Below are positions 51,926 through 56,897 of a stretch of 56,897 nucleotides of DNA, piece after piece. The notes below the pieces were generated by a model that searched no databases, was not told where the DNA came from, and saw only the letters and a list, made by a program, of their open reading frames with translations. This stretch comes from an uncultured Clostridia bacterium (GTDB lineage Bacteria; Bacillota; Clostridia; TANB77; CAG-508), in assembly GCA_944388795.1 (NCBI GenBank), contig CALXKD010000006.1, forward strand, positions 1-56,897, in the 5' to 3' direction. Each line of letters starts with the position of its first letter. Within the stretch, counting starts at the first letter, position 1. The position numbers and the translations under genes are program-made.

Positions 51926-52606
51926 ATGTACGAATTTAATAAAAAACAAAAAATTATTTTAGCAATTATTTTATTTATAATTATCATTGCCTTTTTATAC
52001 TATATCTATACAAAGGATGAACCCACATTTATTTCAGGAGAAGAAATAGTAGAAGAAAATGCAATAGAGAATACACAAAAAAAGGGGGAAGAAGTTAAAA
52101 AGGAGGAGAACGAAAAAATTGTTGTTCATGTATCAGGAGCAGTGAATAAAGAAGGCGTTTTTGAATTAGAGGAAAACAGTAGAATTTCAGATGCTATTGA
52201 TAAAGCTGGAGGATTAAAAGAAAATGCAGATACCAAGAATCTAAATTTAGCTTTTAAATTAGAAGATGGCATGAAAATATATATACCAATGATAGGAGAA
52301 AATACAGAAGAAAACATAGGAATGAATGCAATAGATGAAACTTCAAAATATATAACATCATCAGGAGGTGTGGTTCAAGAAAACGGGGAAAGTGAGAAGA
52401 AAAACGAAACTGGAAAAGTAAATATTAATACAGCGACACAAACAGAATTAGAAACATTACCAGGGATAGGACCATCTACATCACTTAAGATTATTGATTA
52501 TAGAGAAGAAAATGGGAAATTTCAATCTATAGAGGAAATAAAGGAGGTCAGCGGGATAGGTGATGCAAAATATGAAAATATAAAAGATTTGATTTGTGTG
52601 AAATAA
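51926..52606 (+). CDS. comEA: Competence DNA-binding protein ComEA
   Basis: SLBB VHVSGAV..GV, HhH VNINTA..LETLPGIG...VSGIG. Confidence 0.92.
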   Translation: MYEFNKKQKIILAIILFIIIIAFLYYIYTKDEPTFISGEEIVEENAIENTQKKGEEVKKEENEKIVVHVSGAVNKEGVFELEENSRISDAIDKAGGLKENADTKNLNLAFKLEDGMKIYIPMIGENTEENIGMNAIDETSKYITSSGGVVQENGESEKKNETGKVNINTATQTELETLPGIGPSTSLKIIDYREENGKFQSIEEIKEVSGIGDAKYENIKDLICVK

Positions 52607-52672
52607 GTATTCAGTCAATGTTTTATAAATGCACTTTTATTATTAGAAAAACAGATTTCATCTAAAAAAAAC

Positions 52673-52718
52673 TTGACAAGGTATAAAAACCATAGTAAAA
52701 TGTTAGCGTAAACTAACA
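52673..52718 (+). promoter_or_regulatory. SigA promoter with a DtxR/MntR-type palindromic operator
   Basis: TTGACA 52673-52678, 17 bp, TAAAAT 52696-52701; tgttag-cgtaaa-ctaaca 52701-52718. Confidence 0.65.
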
Positions 52719-52729
52719 AGGAGGAGAAT

Positions 52730-53197
52730 ATGAAATTAACAAATTCCCAAGAAGAGTATTTAAAAACCATATATATATTAGAAAAAAGTAGTGGTAAGAT
52801 TAGGGTTACAGATATAGCTAAAAAATTAAAGATAACCAAACCTAGTGTAAATAGAGCTATCAGAAATCTAAGAGAGATGGATTTAATAGAATATGAAGTA
52901 TATGGTGATATTAATCTAACATATCAAGGAGAAGAATTGGCAAAAGAAATTATAAAAAAACAAGATATTATAAAAATGTTTTTAGTGGATATATTAGAGG
53001 TGGATGAAAAAGATGCCGAAGAGGAAGCAAAATCTATGAAACATGCTATGTCACCAGACACAACTCAAAAATTGGAGAGGTATATAGGTAAGATAATGGA
53101 TTTAGGAGATTTAGATTGTGATTATGATGAAAATAATCCAAAATGCCAAAGCTGTATAAAAGTAACCATAAAAAATAGATTAAATAAGAAGAAATAG
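52730..53197 (+). CDS. DtxR/MntR-family metal-dependent regulator with Cys-rich tail
   Basis: SQEEYLKTIY, RVTDIAKKL, KPSVNRA, MKHAMS; tail C-x8-C-x2-C. Confidence 0.85.
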   Translation: MKLTNSQEEYLKTIYILEKSSGKIRVTDIAKKLKITKPSVNRAIRNLREMDLIEYEVYGDINLTYQGEELAKEIIKKQDIIKMFLVDILEVDEKDAEEEAKSMKHAMSPDTTQKLERYIGKIMDLGDLDCDYDENNPKCQSCIKVTIKNRLNKKK

Positions 53198-53209
53198 TAG
53201 GAGGTAAAG

Positions 53210-53923
53210 ATGATATTAGAATTAGAAGATATATGTTTTGAAAGAGAAAATAAAAAAATCTTAAATCATATTAATCTACAAATTGATTTAGGAAAATTCA
53301 TAGCAATTACAGGACCAAATGGATCAGGAAAATCAACTTTAGCAAAAATGATTATGGGAATTGAAAAACCAGATGCAGGAAAAATTCTTTTTGATGGAAA
53401 AGATATTACGAATATGGAAATTAATGAAAGAGCAAAACTGGGAATTAGTTTTGGATTTCAACAACCTGTTAAGTTTAAAGGGATTACAGTTTATGATTTG
53501 TTAAAAATAGCGGCACATAAAAAAATAACTAAAAAAGAAGCTTGTGATGCTTTAGCAAAAGTAGGATTATGTGCTAAAGAATATGTAGATCGAGAAGTGA
53601 ATGGTTCTTTATCAGGAGGAGAATTAAAAAGAATTGAAATAGCAACAGTTGCTTTAAGAGAAACAAAATTAACTATTTTTGATGAACCAGAGGCTGGAAT
53701 TGACTTATGGAGTTTTAATAATTTAATAGATGTTTTCCAGACAATGAGTGAAATTACAAAAGGAACTACAATTATTATTTCACACCAAGAAAGAATTTTA
53801 GAGATAGCAGATAAAATCATATTAATGAAATCTGGAAAAATACAAAAAATTGGAACAAGTGAAGAGATTTTAAATGGAGAGATTAAGAATAAAGGGTGTT
53901 GTAAAATAAAAGGAGAATGTTAG
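53210..53923 (+). CDS. sufC: SufC-like ABC ATPase
   Basis: GPNGSGKST, ERAKLGISFGFQQP, LSGGELKRIEI, DEPEAGID. Confidence 0.8.
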   Translation: MILELEDICFERENKKILNHINLQIDLGKFIAITGPNGSGKSTLAKMIMGIEKPDAGKILFDGKDITNMEINERAKLGISFGFQQPVKFKGITVYDLLKIAAHKKITKKEACDALAKVGLCAKEYVDREVNGSLSGGELKRIEIATVALRETKLTIFDEPEAGIDLWSFNNLIDVFQTMSEITKGTTIIISHQERILEIADKIILMKSGKIQKIGTSEEILNGEIKNKGCCKIKGEC

Positions 53924-53935
53924 AAAGGAGAAAAA

Positions 53936-54868
53936 ATGGAGTCAAAAAATTTAAATCAGGTAGATGAAGCACTTTTAAATGAGGTTTCTAATTTAGAAAA
54001 TATGACTAAGGGTGCCTATAATATTCGAAAAAATGGTAAAGGAGTAGAAAGACAAGTAACAGAAAATGTAAATATTGTTACCAAAAAAGATGTATCAGGG
54101 ATTGATATCTATGTTAAAGAAAATACAAAGTTTGAATTTATTCATATTCCAGTCATCATTACAGAGAGTGGATTAAAAGATGTGGTATATAATGATTTTT
54201 ATATAGGAAAAAATGCAAATGTTATTATTGTTGCAGGATGTGGTATTCATAATGACCATCACAAGGATTCACAACATGACGGAATTCATAGGTTTTACTT
54301 AGAAGAAGGAGCTAAAGTAAGATATATAGAAAAACATTATGGAGAAGGAAATGGAGATGGAAAAAGAATATTAAATCCAGTAACAGAGGTATATCTAAAA
54401 AATGGAAGTAGTTTAGAAATGGAAAGTGTACAAATCAAAGGCGTTAGCTCAACTATTAGAGAAACAAAAGGCGTTTTAGCAGAAAATACAAATTTTGTTG
54501 TTACTGAAAAAATTATGACAGATGGAAAACAATATGCAAAAACCATATTTGATGTACAATTAAATGGAGAAAATTCTAGTACACATGTTACATCAAGGTC
54601 TGTTGCAACAGGAGATTCAAAACAGGAATTTATTTCTAAAATATATGGGAATGAAAAATGTTTTGCACATAGTGAATGTGATGCTATCATAAAAGATAAT
54701 GCAATTGTTACAGCAACTCCTGAGATAACAGCAAATAATGTGGAAGCAAATTTAATTCACGAAGCTGCTATTGGAAAAATTGCAGGAGAACAATTGATAA
54801 AATTGATGACTTTAGGATTATCTGAAAAAGAGGCAGAAGAAGAAATTATTAATGGCTTTTTAAGATAG
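53936..54868 (+). CDS. SufB/SufD family Fe-S scaffold protein
   Basis: AGCG, HSECDAI, HEAAIGKIAGEQL..LMTLGL. Confidence 0.85.
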   Translation: MESKNLNQVDEALLNEVSNLENMTKGAYNIRKNGKGVERQVTENVNIVTKKDVSGIDIYVKENTKFEFIHIPVIITESGLKDVVYNDFYIGKNANVIIVAGCGIHNDHHKDSQHDGIHRFYLEEGAKVRYIEKHYGEGNGDGKRILNPVTEVYLKNGSSLEMESVQIKGVSSTIRETKGVLAENTNFVVTEKIMTDGKQYAKTIFDVQLNGENSSTHVTSRSVATGDSKQEFISKIYGNEKCFAHSECDAIIKDNAIVTATPEITANNVEANLIHEAAIGKIAGEQLIKLMTLGLSEKEAEEEIINGFLR

Positions 54869-54983
54869 AATATAGAAGCAATGATTATGTAGATAATTGT
54901 TGCTTTTTTAATGTAATTTTTAAATGAAAAATAGTTGATTATAAAATTTTTGTGGTATAATGAAATAAAAACGGAGTATATGA

Positions 54984-56027
54984 ATGAGTAAAAAAGGAAA
55001 ACATGCCCAGAAAAAAAAGAAAAGAAAATTAAAAATTAATCCGAAAACATTTACTATTAGAGTGGTTATACTATTATTAATAATTATTGGTATTATGATT
55101 TATAATGTGAATAAACCTAAAGAAGAACCACAAAGTCAAGAAATAGAAGAACAAGTGGCAGAGGAAAGTATAGAAGTTTCTGTTGAAGAAGAGGTTATAG
55201 AGGAAACCATAGATACTGATGTGGAGCAATTGATAAATGAGATTCGAGCAGAAAATAATTTAAATGAGAATAATTTTCATTTTTTCTATTATAATTTAGA
55301 AGAGAAAAAGTATTATTTTTATAATGAAAATACTTATTTTACGGCTGCAAGTACAATTAAGGTTCCTGTTGCCATGTTGTATTATGACAAGGTAGCTGAA
55401 GGAACATTAAGTTTATCAGATACATTGATATATGGTAGTGATGATTATGAAGCAGGAGGTGGAAGTACTGCAGCAAATTATTCAGTTGGAGAAAGAGTTC
55501 CATTATCATATCTTTTAGAGCAAACAATTGTGAACAGCGATAATACAGCATTAAATATCTTAATGGGAAATTTAGGATATAGAAAATGCAAAGAAGAATT
55601 AACCCAATATTCTGATGTTGAATTACCAGAAGATTTTTATACCTCTAATATTGCAAATGTTTCTTATTATTATGATGTACTACAACATTTATATGAAAAT
55701 TCTGATAAATATGCAGAATTAATTGAATATATGAAAAAATCTTCAGGTGGTATATATTTAAAAGCAAATCTACCACAATATGAGGTAGCACATAAATATG
55801 GTTCTTATGAGGGATATGTTCATGATTATGGAGTTATTTATGGGGAAAATACATATTTAGTGGGTGTATTTACAAATGGAGTTACAAATGCTAGTGATTT
55901 AATTGCTCGTATTGGTCAAGAAGTGGTAGAATGTGCAGAAAATGAAAAAATAGAAATAGTAGTAGATGGGAATATAGTGACTACAGATGAAACCCAAATA
56001 GAAGAAATGAATAATGAAGTGGAATAG
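54984..56027 (+). CDS. Membrane-anchored serine hydrolase (class A beta-lactamase-like / PBP fold)
   Basis: AASTIK (SxxK), SDN, HKYG; N-terminal TM. Confidence 0.8.
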   Translation: MSKKGKHAQKKKKRKLKINPKTFTIRVVILLLIIIGIMIYNVNKPKEEPQSQEIEEQVAEESIEVSVEEEVIEETIDTDVEQLINEIRAENNLNENNFHFFYYNLEEKKYYFYNENTYFTAASTIKVPVAMLYYDKVAEGTLSLSDTLIYGSDDYEAGGGSTAANYSVGERVPLSYLLEQTIVNSDNTALNILMGNLGYRKCKEELTQYSDVELPEDFYTSNIANVSYYYDVLQHLYENSDKYAELIEYMKKSSGGIYLKANLPQYEVAHKYGSYEGYVHDYGVIYGENTYLVGVFTNGVTNASDLIARIGQEVVECAENEKIEIVVDGNIVTTDETQIEEMNNEVE

Positions 56028-56118
56028 AAAATAATAGAAAGAAATTATTATGTGAAAAAATAGAAAAATCTCAATAGGAATATTCTTATTGAGATTTTTT
56101 AAATAAATTACTTCTATA

Positions 56119-56499
56119 TTATTCAACTTCTTTTTTCCATAAACCATGTTTATTACAATAAGCATAAAGGCAAGATCCTGGTATATATGGAAAACGACAT
56201 TCTGCATTTTGTTCTGGATATAATTTTACAGTATATTCTTTATTATCTGCAACTAAAGCTACCCATTCTATAAAATGTTCTTTTTCCATAACATGATTTA
56301 CTTTTACAAATATTTCATCTTCTACTTTTTCATAAGTTGGTACATGTTTTTCAACAGCTGCATCTACTGAGTTTGGTTTTAATACTTCCATTGGCTCTCC
56401 ACAGCAAACAATACCACATCCTTTACAGTTACAGTCTTCAATAACTTTTACGATTGCCCCACAAGATTTACATTTTTTTATAATTAATTCGTTTTTCAT
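56119..56499 (-). CDS. dfx: Desulfoferrodoxin / superoxide reductase
   Basis: CKSCG...CCGEPM, EKHVP, HVM..EHFIEW, YCNKHGLW. Start 56499 after ggagg. Confidence 0.9.
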   Translation of the reverse strand: MKNELIIKKCKSCGAIVKVIEDCNCKGCGIVCCGEPMEVLKPNSVDAAVEKHVPTYEKVEDEIFVKVNHVMEKEHFIEWVALVADNKEYTVKLYPEQNAECRFPYIPGSCLYAYCNKHGLWKKEVE

Positions 56500-56647
56500 A
56501 ATTTTACCTCCTTCATGGGTATAGTATATCATAATACTAATAAAAAATATACAATTTTATGCTTTTATGCATATTTTTTTATTTTATGAATATTATATAG
56601 AGTGAAATTATATTTTATACTAGAATTTACTATTTTCAATCAAAGTG

Positions 56648-56676
56648 TTGACAATGTATGCTATTAGTAGTATAAT
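56648..56676 (+). promoter_or_regulatory. Consensus SigA promoter of tRNA-fMet
   Basis: TTGACA, 17 bp, TATAAT. Confidence 0.85.
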
Positions 56677-56696
56677 TACATTTGTAAAATTTATAT

Positions 56697-56772
<76 letters not shown>

Positions 56773-56897
56773 CTGAAATGCCTCTGCTAAAGCGATTTAC
56801 AGAGGATTTTTTATTACTTAGAAAAATCCATTTAAGACCATTAAAAACCGTTAAAAAGCATTAAAATTTATTTCATAAAGGGTAAATAAAGGGTATA

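Noticed and set aside
54984-56027. True class A beta-lactamase
   Set aside because: Membrane anchor, acidic linker and KYG triad fit a clostridial PBP-like serine hydrolase; activity cannot be inferred from sequence.

Overview
Very AT-rich chromosomal segment of a low-GC Firmicute (gene content and SigA promoters point to Clostridia; probably an uncultured gut lineage, which is inference). It has about 55 CDS, mostly housekeeping, transport and cell-envelope genes, and 5 tRNAs (Arg-ACG, Pro-TGG, Gly-TCC, Arg-TCT, initiator Met). No CRISPR array, integrase or transposase was seen. The main candidate for a new system is at 4533-13959: a single-module C-A-T-R NRPS whose A-domain code reads as Asn, with a divergent long-chain acyl-CoA ligase, sits directly upstream of a multi-TM histidine kinase and a REC/HD-GYP response regulator. 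This resembles the Xanthomonas rpfB/F/C/G signalling cluster with an NRPS in place of RpfF, suggesting an N-acyl-asparaginal-type signal coupled to cyclic-dinucleotide turnover. Other signals: a membrane-protein gene broken twice by the same +1 shift at T-CGG; an orphan ~90-nt sRNA candidate with an anti-SD loop; an integrase-less ~1-kb Fic islet at tRNA-Pro flanked by a 14-bp repeat; two small genes enclosed by 5'/3'-UTR inverted repeats; an unannotated Fic antitoxin next to a pentapeptide-repeat gene; a decayed ECF sigma/anti-sigma pair; and a Cys-tailed DtxR-family regulator on a minimal sufC-sufB operon. All calls come from manual motif reading; no database search was run.
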